From the NCBI RefSeq assembly GCF_000189295.2, contig NC_016803.1:2550001-2582000 (forward strand): a stretch of DNA of 32,000 nucleotides, written 5' to 3'. This document shows positions 16,931-23,647 of this stretch, in pieces; position 1 is the stretch's first letter; every line of letters starts with the position of its first letter. Under the pieces are notes generated by a model. It did no database searches. It was not told where the DNA came from and was given only the letters and a program-made list of their open reading frames with translations. Origin of the DNA: Pseudodesulfovibrio mercurii. GTDB taxonomy: Bacteria > Desulfobacterota > Desulfovibrionia > Desulfovibrionales > Desulfovibrionaceae. Made by a program: the position numbers and the translations under genes.

Positions 16931-17740
16931 CTAGCGGGGCTTGAGCCAATCCTTGAGGCCGTATTTGATGAGCAGGTGGTTGAGCTGGCCGGTGTTGCGC
17001 AGGGTGTAGACGCCCTGGTCCAGGATGTCGGCCAGGAGCCGGGATTTGGGCATGTTGGCCGGGGACAGGCCGAAGAAGAGTTCGTGGGCGCCCGTCTCGC
17101 TGCACCCGGCCACGAAAACCTGGCCCTCAAGGCCCGCCTGCTGGACGTAGTAGTCCACCACGGCCCGGTTGCCGGGGATGACCTGGACCCGTCCCTCGGC
17201 GAGCATGGCCAGCATGCGCGCGAAGGCGTCCTGGCCGTGCAGGGCGTGGAACCGCTCGGGGCTCCGTCCGATGGCCTCCATGAACCATCCGGGATAGTTG
17301 TGACCCTGGACATAGCCGGTGACCACGCCGGTCAGGGACTGCGGCCCGGTGAACCGCCAGCCGGAGTCCATGGTGAAGAAGCAGAGCTCGCTCCGCCCCA
17401 GGGAGGTCTTGGGGTAGATGAAGTCCGGCAGCTCGTCCGGGGTCACGCCGATGAGGATGTCGGCCTGGCCCGAACGCACGTCCCGCACCGCCCGCTTCCA
17501 CGGCAGCTCGCGGTAGTCCACGGTGAATCCGCGCGTCTCGAACACGGCGCGCAATATCTCCACGGCGTACCCCTCGCGCGCCGAGCCCGGCGTGCCGTTG
17601 TAGGGCATCCAGGAGTCCGCGACCACGACCACGCGCTCCTGGGCGCGGGCCGGGCAGGCGGCCAGGAGCAACAGGCCGGCCAGGCAGCAGGCCAGATACC
17701 GGGCCCGGATGCGGGCCGCGGACGACGGTCGGATTTTCAT
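16931..17740 (-). CDS. Periplasmic solute-binding protein, family 3 (PBPb-like), orphan
   Basis: The start is at MKIRPSS (ATG 17740). A signal peptide ends ...LLLLAACPARA-QE. The layout is SBP-3-like (VVVADSWMPYNG..., GQADILIGV, VIPGNRAVVDYY). No ABC permease or ATPase gene is adjacent. Confidence 0.72.
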   Translation of the reverse strand: MKIRPSSAARIRARYLACCLAGLLLLAACPARAQERVVVVADSWMPYNGTPGSAREGYAVEILRAVFETRGFTVDYRELPWKRAVRDVRSGQADILIGVTPDELPDFIYPKTSLGRSELCFFTMDSGWRFTGPQSLTGVVTGYVQGHNYPGWFMEAIGRSPERFHALHGQDAFARMLAMLAEGRVQVIPGNRAVVDYYVQQAGLEGQVFVAGCSETGAHELFFGLSPANMPKSRLLADILDQGVYTLRNTGQLNHLLIKYGLKDWLKPR

Positions 17741-17782
17741 GGACGACAACGGTTCCGGTCCGGCAAGGGGCCCCCGCAGGGA

Positions 17783-18202
17783 CTACTTCACCACCAGCAC
17801 GGGCTTGGATGTGGTCTGGAGCACCTTGTGGGTGACCGAGCCGAGGAACAGCCCCTCCAGGTCGGACTTGCCCTTGGACCCCATGATGATGACGTCGCAC
17901 TTCTCGTTGTCGGCCACGTTGCTGATGACCTCGGCCACGTCGCCGCCGATGACCAGCTCCTGGAAGTCCACCTTGGCGTTGGTCAGCTTGGCCCGGTAGT
18001 GGACCATGACCTCCTCGGCGATCTTGTTCAGGTATTCGAGCAGCTCGCCCGCGTTGGGCTGGCCCAGCCCGGTGGGCACGGTCCGGCGTACGGTCAGCAG
18101 GATGACGGTGGCCTCGTTACCGGCCAGGTCGATGGCCATGTCGGCGGCGGCGTCGGACAGTCGGGACCCGTCCACGGGGAGAAGAATTCGAGAGATGTGC
18201 AT
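17783..18202 (-). CDS. Universal stress protein (UspA family)
   Basis: AAGGAG SD. The sequence MHISRILLPVDGS...DVIIMGSKGKSDLEGLFLGSVTHKVLQTTSKPVLVVK includes the Usp ATP-binding G-2x-G-9x-G(S/T) motif. Confidence 0.88.
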   Translation of the reverse strand: MHISRILLPVDGSRLSDAAADMAIDLAGNEATVILLTVRRTVPTGLGQPNAGELLEYLNKIAEEVMVHYRAKLTNAKVDFQELVIGGDVAEVISNVADNEKCDVIIMGSKGKSDLEGLFLGSVTHKVLQTTSKPVLVVK

Positions 18203-18303
18203 GAGCCCACTCCTTGATGTTTCGTGTTCTCGGCGCGTCCCGGAACGGGAACGTACCTGAAGCATACACCATGGAGCGCGGTGCTGCCAACCCGATTGTA
18301 CAA

Positions 18304-18906
18304 TCAATCGGTCGGAATCATTCCCATGAAGGAGAGCAGGGCCCGGTCCAGCGTCTCGGGATCGGCCTGGTCCGCCACCCCGGTCCGGGCCTGGGGGTCG
18401 AGCACGCCGAGCTTGCGGAAGAAGGCCTCGGCCCCGGCCGAGCGGAAGCAGACCCCGTCGCAGGAGCGGAACCCGGCCCGGTACATGGGCTTGGCCAGCC
18501 TGGCCAGGAGCCGCCCGGTGAACCCGGTCCCGGCAAAGGCGAAGCCCGGCCCGTCCACCAGGGCGAAGACCCGCTTGTCCTCGCCCACCCAGATCAGGCG
18601 CGCGGCCAGGGAGCCGTAGACCACGGGCTTGGCTCCCACGGACAGGACCAGACCGGGCCGCACGCGGAACAGAATCTGCTTGAGGTGGAGCAGGGTGCCC
18701 ATGTCGGCGATGGGGGTCAGCGAGCGCGGCGAGAGCGGGTACATGGCGTACTCCACGCCGAGGGCCTCGAACCCTGTCGAGGTCTCCGGGCCGCTGCCCG
18801 GCGCCAGGGCGCTGACCTCGTGGCCCATGGAGGCCAGGCCCGACAGCAGGGCGCCGTGTTCGGCCAGCAGGGTCTCGGCGTTTTCGTGGATGACGGCGAT
18901 CTTCAT
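18304..18906 (-). CDS. Truncated GT4-type glycosyltransferase, N-terminal domain only (likely a decaying remnant)
   Basis: The 200-aa product has the GT4 N-domain pattern RPGLVLSVGAKPVVYGSLAARL...ALVDGPGFAF.... The ORF ends where the C-terminal nucleotide-sugar-binding domain should begin. Positions where I expect an FQN.DD-type block read FRSAGA. Confidence 0.55.
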   Translation of the reverse strand: MKIAVIHENAETLLAEHGALLSGLASMGHEVSALAPGSGPETSTGFEALGVEYAMYPLSPRSLTPIADMGTLLHLKQILFRVRPGLVLSVGAKPVVYGSLAARLIWVGEDKRVFALVDGPGFAFAGTGFTGRLLARLAKPMYRAGFRSCDGVCFRSAGAEAFFRKLGVLDPQARTGVADQADPETLDRALLSFMGMIPTD

Positions 18907-18937
18907 GGCGGTTCCTCGGCTTGCGGAAAAACGGTTC

Positions 18938-19684
18938 CTACCAGACCGCGTCGGCCAGGGTGCCGTGCATCTCGTAGGGGAAGACCTCCCGGCCCACGGT
19001 CATGTCGCCCTTGAGGTCGAAGCGCGTGCGGAAGAGGTTGTCCGGGTCGAGAACCGCCGTGCCCGCGGACTTGTAGTTCAGGGGCAAGCGCATGGAGAAG
19101 TCGCGCACCGCCATGTTTTCATTGGTGATCTCGGCGGTGAAGGCGAGGTCCTCGATGACCTTGTTGCCGGGCAGGACCAGCTGGGCCGAGCGCACGTCCA
19201 CCCAGCCGTTTCTGGGCAGGCGCGCCCCGGCGGGCAGGAACAGGCTGCCCGAGGCCCGGACCACGCCCTTCAGGTCGCTGTCGCCGAGGAGATAGGTCAG
19301 GTCCAGGTCGCCCTCGAAGTCGAAGACGCCGTTGGAGAAGACCTCCAGGCTGCACTGGGGCCCGCCCGTGTCCAGGCGGACCGTGGCCAGGGGCGAGAGG
19401 CCCATGCTCACGTAGGCGTGGTGGAAATGGAGCCGGCCAGGGGTCTGGGCCACGGAGATGGTGAAGTCGCGCAGCCGGAAGCCGAAGGGGCCGTCGCGGT
19501 CGATGCCGCTCCAGGCCAGGCCCACGGCGGGCAGGCCCGCGTCCAGGCGGGTCAGGGCCGAAGCCCAGATCTTGGCCCACGGCGTGAACAGGACCACGCC
19601 CAGGGCCACGCCGAGGGTCATCAGCACCAGCCGGGCCAGGATGCGGCCGGGCAGGGACGAGGGTCTGGAGCGGGGCACGGCCAC
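18938..19684 (-). CDS. Bitopic membrane protein, GspN-like architecture (N-terminal TM + ~210-aa beta-rich periplasmic domain)
   Basis: The GTG start lies 3 nt after the upstream stop. The TM helix is ILARLVLMTLGVALGVVLF. Size, topology and gene order after an M-like gene fit GspN. Family membership is not verified. Confidence 0.5.
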   Translation of the reverse strand: MAVPRSRPSSLPGRILARLVLMTLGVALGVVLFTPWAKIWASALTRLDAGLPAVGLAWSGIDRDGPFGFRLRDFTISVAQTPGRLHFHHAYVSMGLSPLATVRLDTGGPQCSLEVFSNGVFDFEGDLDLTYLLGDSDLKGVVRASGSLFLPAGARLPRNGWVDVRSAQLVLPGNKVIEDLAFTAEITNENMAVRDFSMRLPLNYKSAGTAVLDPDNLFRTRFDLKGDMTVGREVFPYEMHGTLADAVW

Positions 19685-19687
19685 GGC

Positions 19688-20185
19688 CTACCTCGCCAGC
19701 ACGAGGTGCACGTCCGCCAGGCGGGGCTCCTCGGGGTTGCGGGTCAGGATGAACTCCGGGGCCTGGAGGCTCGCCCGGTCGCGCACGTCCTGGAGGAAGT
19801 CCGTGAGCATGATCAGGGTCAGCCCGCCCAGGGTGACCTGGACGCCGTCCTGGTTTTCGGCCACGCGCGTGGGGCGCAGGGACCGGACGTACTCGTTCAG
19901 GGAGCGGTCGTCCAGGATGCGCCGGACCGCGTCCTCGGGCGGGACCCGGACCAGGTCCCCCTGGGCGGCCCGCAGGGTGGTGATGTCCCGGACCAGGGGC
20001 ACCACCAGGCCGTACTGCTCCTTGCCCGCCTCGATGCGCTGGGCCAGGGTGCCGGTGAACAGGTACGCGCCCACGAAGACCGCGAAGAGCAGCCCGGCCG
20101 CGCCGAACAGGACGTACTTGAACAGCCGCTCCTGGGAGGCGGGCGGCCAGCAGGTCCAGGGATAGGTGCAGTGCTTCCGGGCCAT
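19688..20185 (-). CDS. Bitopic membrane protein, GspM/PilO-like architecture
   Basis: The 165-aa product has a short cytoplasmic N-terminus, the TM helix LFKYVLFGAAGLLFAVFVGAYLF, and a periplasmic domain of about 115 aa. Its start lies 1 nt after the upstream stop. Confidence 0.5.
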   Translation of the reverse strand: MARKHCTYPWTCWPPASQERLFKYVLFGAAGLLFAVFVGAYLFTGTLAQRIEAGKEQYGLVVPLVRDITTLRAAQGDLVRVPPEDAVRRILDDRSLNEYVRSLRPTRVAENQDGVQVTLGGLTLIMLTDFLQDVRDRASLQAPEFILTRNPEEPRLADVHLVLAR

Positions 20186-20186
20186 G

Positions 20187-20735
20187 CTATTTTGGCTCCA
20201 CGCTCAGGCTGAAGGACACGCCGCCGCCCAGCTCGTCGATCTTGTAGACGGAAAACAGGTAGCGGTCGTCGTCCGACAGCTTCTCCATGTAGTGCATGAA
20301 CCCGGCCTCGTCGCCGCTGAAATAGCCGCGCACCCGGCCTCGGGTCCCGGTCAGGCTGACCCCGTCCACGCGCAGCTTTTCCCCGGCGGGCCGACTCAGG
20401 GCCGCGAGCACGCCCAGCGGGGCCAGGCCGATGCGTTTGGCCGCCAGCAGCTTGCCGTGCTCGAACTGCAACCGGCCGAAGGGCGAACCGCCGATGTCCG
20501 GGCCCAGCACCGAGCGGTAGAGGGCGTCGGTCTCCGCCTGGATGGCCACAACCTGCCGGTAATTCAGGTAATAGCGGACCCCCTGGCCGGCCAGGAACAG
20601 GCCGCCGATGAGCAGCAGCCAGAACAGGTTCCGCAGGAACCGCCTGGAGGCCTTGCCGGACCGGAACTCGGGCGGACCGCCTGCTGCGGGCCGGGCCGTT
20701 CCGGCCGGGGTCGATGGGGTGGGTGTCGTCGTCAT
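20187..20735 (-). CDS. Bitopic membrane protein, GspL C-terminal / PilN-like architecture
   Basis: The 182-aa product has a Pro/Thr-rich cytoplasmic N-terminus, the TM helix LFWLLLIGGLFLAGQGV, and a periplasmic domain of about 120 aa. It is the first gene of a coupled trio. Confidence 0.45.
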   Translation of the reverse strand: MTTTPTPSTPAGTARPAAGGPPEFRSGKASRRFLRNLFWLLLIGGLFLAGQGVRYYLNYRQVVAIQAETDALYRSVLGPDIGGSPFGRLQFEHGKLLAAKRIGLAPLGVLAALSRPAGEKLRVDGVSLTGTRGRVRGYFSGDEAGFMHYMEKLSDDDRYLFSVYKIDELGGGVSFSLSVEPK

Positions 20736-20889
20736 ACCTGACCCGAATGATTACGCCAAAGCGGCAAGCCGGGCAAGACGGCCGGTACACCGGCTGCCGG
20801 ATCGCCCGGACAATCCGTGTGGAGGAGCCGTACAATCGTCCACGGGCGGTCCGGCCCGTGCCCGCCGAAGACGTCGGCCGGAGGCCCGG

Positions 20890-21372
20890 CTACAGGCTGG
20901 CGGCGGCCTTTTCCACGGATTCCCGGAAGCCTTCGCGCGCGGCCCGGATCTTCGCGGCCAGGGCGTCGTCGCGCAGGGCCAGGATCTGGGCGGCCAGCCA
21001 GGCCGCGTTCTTGGCCCCGACCTTGTCCAGCGCCAGGGTGGCCACCGGGAAGCCCGGAGGCATCTGCACCGTGGCCAGCAGGGCGTCCATGCCGCCCAGC
21101 GGCGACGCTGTCAGGGGCACGCCCAGGACCGGCTTGGTGGTCCGGGCGGCCACGGCCCCGGCCAGGTGCGCGGCCAGACCGGCCGCGCAGATGAAGACCT
21201 GCGCCCCGTCCGCCTCGTACTCGTCCACCAGCCGGGCAGTGCGCTCCGGCGTGCGGTGGGCCGAAGTGACCGTGAACACGTGGTCCACGCCCAACTCCTT
21301 GAGCAGGTCCGAACACGGACGCATCTTCTCCTCGTCCGACAGGGACCCCATGAAAATCACAACCTGCGGCAT
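20890..21372 (-). CDS. purE: N5-carboxyaminoimidazole ribonucleotide mutase
   Basis: AAGGAG SD. The sequence [17 protein letters not shown]...[11 protein letters not shown]...[27 protein letters not shown] carries canonical PurE motifs. Confidence 0.95.
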   Translation of the reverse strand: MPQVVIFMGSLSDEEKMRPCSDLLKELGVDHVFTVTSAHRTPERTARLVDEYEADGAQVFICAAGLAAHLAGAVAARTTKPVLGVPLTASPLGGMDALLATVQMPPGFPVATLALDKVGAKNAAWLAAQILALRDDALAAKIRAAREGFRESVEKAAASL

Positions 21373-21401
21373 TGTTCGCTCCTTGAATGCCTCCGGCGGC
21401 C

Positions 21402-21475
21402 GGGGGAAGGGGGAAGGGAAACCCTTTGAAAAGGGCTTTCCCATCCCCCATCCCCCGGACCCCCATCCCCCATCC
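21402..21475 (-). other. G-run/C-run structured element in the purD-purE spacer (long imperfect hairpin plus a G-quadruplex-type motif on the sense strand)
   Basis: The plus strand reads gggggaagggggaaggg (21402-21418) ... cccatcccccatccccc (21440-21456) ggacccccatcccccatcc. The minus strand reads GGATGGGGGATGGGGGTCCGGGGGATGGGGGATGGG. Confidence 0.6.
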
Positions 21476-21634
21476 TTTCGTAAACTTTGTATGTCGCTTC
21501 GCGAAGGGGGGCCGGAAGGCCTTGTGTTGACTCGTAAAATTTGTGGGGCTCGCACCCCTGCGCCGCCTGGCCGGACATCCGCTCTTCGTCTCCCTTCCCG
21601 GCGGCGCAGCCCCAAAAAGTTTTGAAGGGAGAGC

Positions 21635-21670
21635 GCGAGAGGGAAACTTTTTCAAAAGTTTCCCTCTCGC
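21635..21670 (-). repeat. Perfect 17-bp-arm palindrome just downstream of the purD stop (REP-like, possible terminator)
   Basis: The sequence is gcgagagggaaactttt tc aaaagtttccctctcgc. It shares the core GGGAAAC...TTT.AAAAG...TTTCCC with the inner hairpin at 21416-21442. Confidence 0.6.
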
Positions 21671-21679
21671 ATTTTCAAA

Positions 21680-22957
21680 CTATTTGGCGCGCTTCAACCC
21701 CTTGTCGGCGATGTCGCGGCGGTAGTAGCTGTGGTCGAAGTGGATCTTGGCCACGGCCTCGTAGGCCCTTTTCTGGGCGGCGGCCAGATCGTCGCCCAGG
21801 GCGGTGACGCAGAGCACGCGGCCGCCGGTGGTCAGGATTTTGCCGTCCTCCAGTTTGGTGCCCGCCTGGAAGACCTTGACCCCTTCCATGGCGTCGGCCT
21901 GGTCGATGCCGGTGATCTCCATGCCCTTGGGGTAGGGGCCGGGGTAGCCCTCGGCGGCCATGACCACGCCGCAGGCGGTCTGCTGGGAGGAGGTCACCTC
22001 GACCTGGTCGAGCTTGCCGTCGATGCAGGCGAACATGATTTCGAGCAGGTCGGTTTCGAGGCGCATGAGCAGGGGCTGGCATTCGGGGTCGCCGAAGCGG
22101 ACGTTGTATTCGAGCACGCTGGGGCCGTTTTCGGTGTACATGAGCCCGGCGTAGAGCACGCCCTTGAACGGCTCGCCCTTGGCGGCCAGGTGGCGCAGGA
22201 TGGGCTTGATGCACAGCTCGGCGGTCTCGGCGTACTTGTCCTTGGGCAGGATCGGGGCCGGGGAATAGGCGCCCATGCCGCCGGTGTTGGGGCCGGTGTC
22301 GCCCTCATGGGCGGCCTTGTGGTCCTGGCTGGACGGGAGCATGGCGTAGTGGACGCCGTCGCAGAAGCACAGGAACGAGGCCTCCTCGCCCTTGAGGGCC
22401 TCCTCGATGACCACGCGGTCCCCGGCCGAGCCGAAGGCCTTCTTGACCATCATGTGCTCCACGGCCTCCAGGGCCTCCTCCTCGGTGGCGGCCACGACCA
22501 CGCCCTTGCCGGCGGCCAGGCCGTCTGCCTTGACCACCAGGGGCGCGCCCCGTTCCTTGATGAAGGTCACGGCGTCCTCGTATTCCTCGAACACGCGGAA
22601 GGGCGCGGTGGGCACGCCCGCCTCGGCCATGACGTTCTTGGAAAAGGCCTTGGAGCCTTCGAGGTTGGCGGCGAACGCGTTGGGGCCGAAGCAGGGGATG
22701 CCCTCCTGGCGCAGCGCGTTTTCCAGGCCGAGCACCAGCGGCAGCTCGGGTCCGGCCACCACCAGGTCCACTTCCTCGTCCCTGGCCAATTTGACCAGGC
22801 CCGGGATGTCGTCGTCCTTGACCGGAATATTCGTTCCCACCTGGGCGGTGCCGCCGTTGCCCGGCGCGCACAGGATGGTCTCCACCTTCGGATTCTGGGC
22901 GAGCTTCCAGCACAGGGCGTGCTCCCGGCCTCCGGAACCGACAACAAGTATCTTCAT
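21680..22957 (-). CDS. purD: Phosphoribosylamine-glycine ligase
   Basis: GGAGGGG SD. The sequence MKILVVGSGGREHALCWKLAQ...PLVVKADGLAAGKGV...EE.L.GEEAS...GPNTGGMGAYSP...YNVRFGDPE carries canonical PurD motifs. The start is trimmed by 11 codons relative to the track ORF. Confidence 0.97.
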   Translation of the reverse strand: MKILVVGSGGREHALCWKLAQNPKVETILCAPGNGGTAQVGTNIPVKDDDIPGLVKLARDEEVDLVVAGPELPLVLGLENALRQEGIPCFGPNAFAANLEGSKAFSKNVMAEAGVPTAPFRVFEEYEDAVTFIKERGAPLVVKADGLAAGKGVVVAATEEEALEAVEHMMVKKAFGSAGDRVVIEEALKGEEASFLCFCDGVHYAMLPSSQDHKAAHEGDTGPNTGGMGAYSPAPILPKDKYAETAELCIKPILRHLAAKGEPFKGVLYAGLMYTENGPSVLEYNVRFGDPECQPLLMRLETDLLEIMFACIDGKLDQVEVTSSQQTACGVVMAAEGYPGPYPKGMEITGIDQADAMEGVKVFQAGTKLEDGKILTTGGRVLCVTALGDDLAAAQKRAYEAVAKIHFDHSYYRRDIADKGLKRAK

Positions 22958-23215
22958 TGTTCCCCTCCAATCTGTTTTCGGGATGTACACGGTGTAAGGA
23001 AATTCACGCCTTTTTTCAAGGTCTATGGGCTCGAGGTCCCGCGACGGGGAGCCGCGCCCCTTCCGGCTTTGCGCCGACCCGCCTCCGGCGGCGAAACAAT
23101 TTTCGAACCCCGGTTGACGAAAAGTGCAACTCGTCGTAATGGCTAAAGTAATCCCGTGCTCGCGGGACCGCCTTCGTGGTGTCGGCGGAACGGGCGGGCC
23201 GGGCGTCGGAAATGG

Positions 23216-23292
23216 CGCGGGGTGGAGCAGTCTGGCAGCTCGTCGGGCTCATAACCCGAAGGTCGGAGGTTCAAATCCTTCCCCCGCTACCA
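23216..23292 (+). tRNA. Initiator tRNA-Met (anticodon CAT), CCA encoded
   Basis: The sequence is cgcggggtggagcagtctggcagctcgtcgggctcataacccgaaggtcggaggttcaaatccttcccccgctacca. It has a 1:72 mismatch (C1/U72) and three consecutive G-C pairs closing the anticodon stem. CAT is at 23250-23252. It is near-identical in layout to the E. coli initiator tRNA as I remember it. Confidence 0.95.
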
Positions 23293-23320
23293 GGATCATT
23301 TTTGTTGGAGCCTCAGAGTC

Positions 23321-23581
23321 ATGAAAAGTATTTATGTCGGCAACATCCCCTTTGGTGCAACCGAGAACGACGTGCGCAACCTGTTCGGCGAGTACGGCGA
23401 CGTCTCCTCCGTGAAACTCATCCAGGACCATGAGACCGGCCGTTTTCGCGGCTTCGGCTTCGTGGAGATGGAGGACGCGGACGCGGCTTCGGCCATAGAG
23501 GCCCTGGACGGCCACGAGATGTCCGGGCGGCCCCTGAAGGTCAACGAAGCCAAACCGCGCGCCCCCCGTCCCAGGTATTGA
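23321..23581 (+). CDS. RRM-type (RNP-1) RNA-binding protein
   Basis: The 86-aa product has RNP-2 IYVGNI and RNP-1 RGFGFVEM, plus a basic C-terminal tail. Confidence 0.93.
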   Translation: MKSIYVGNIPFGATENDVRNLFGEYGDVSSVKLIQDHETGRFRGFGFVEMEDADAASAIEALDGHEMSGRPLKVNEAKPRAPRPRY

Positions 23582-23647
23582 TCCGGCCCGGGCGACCCTT
23601 CCCGCTCCCGGACGGCCCGGCCGCCCGGCGTCTTGGGGTGCGCCCGG

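Noticed and set aside
21357-21725. Small ORFs (60-88 aa) in the purD-purE spacer
   Set aside because: Their translations (e.g. [23 protein letters not shown]) are simply the G-run/C-run palindromes read as protein. They have no SD and no coding bias.
23216-23292. tRNA gene as an attachment site of an integrated island
   Set aside because: No integrase, no direct repeat of the tRNA 3' end, and no compositional shift were seen on either side. The flanking genes (purD, RRM protein, mltF) look like core genes.
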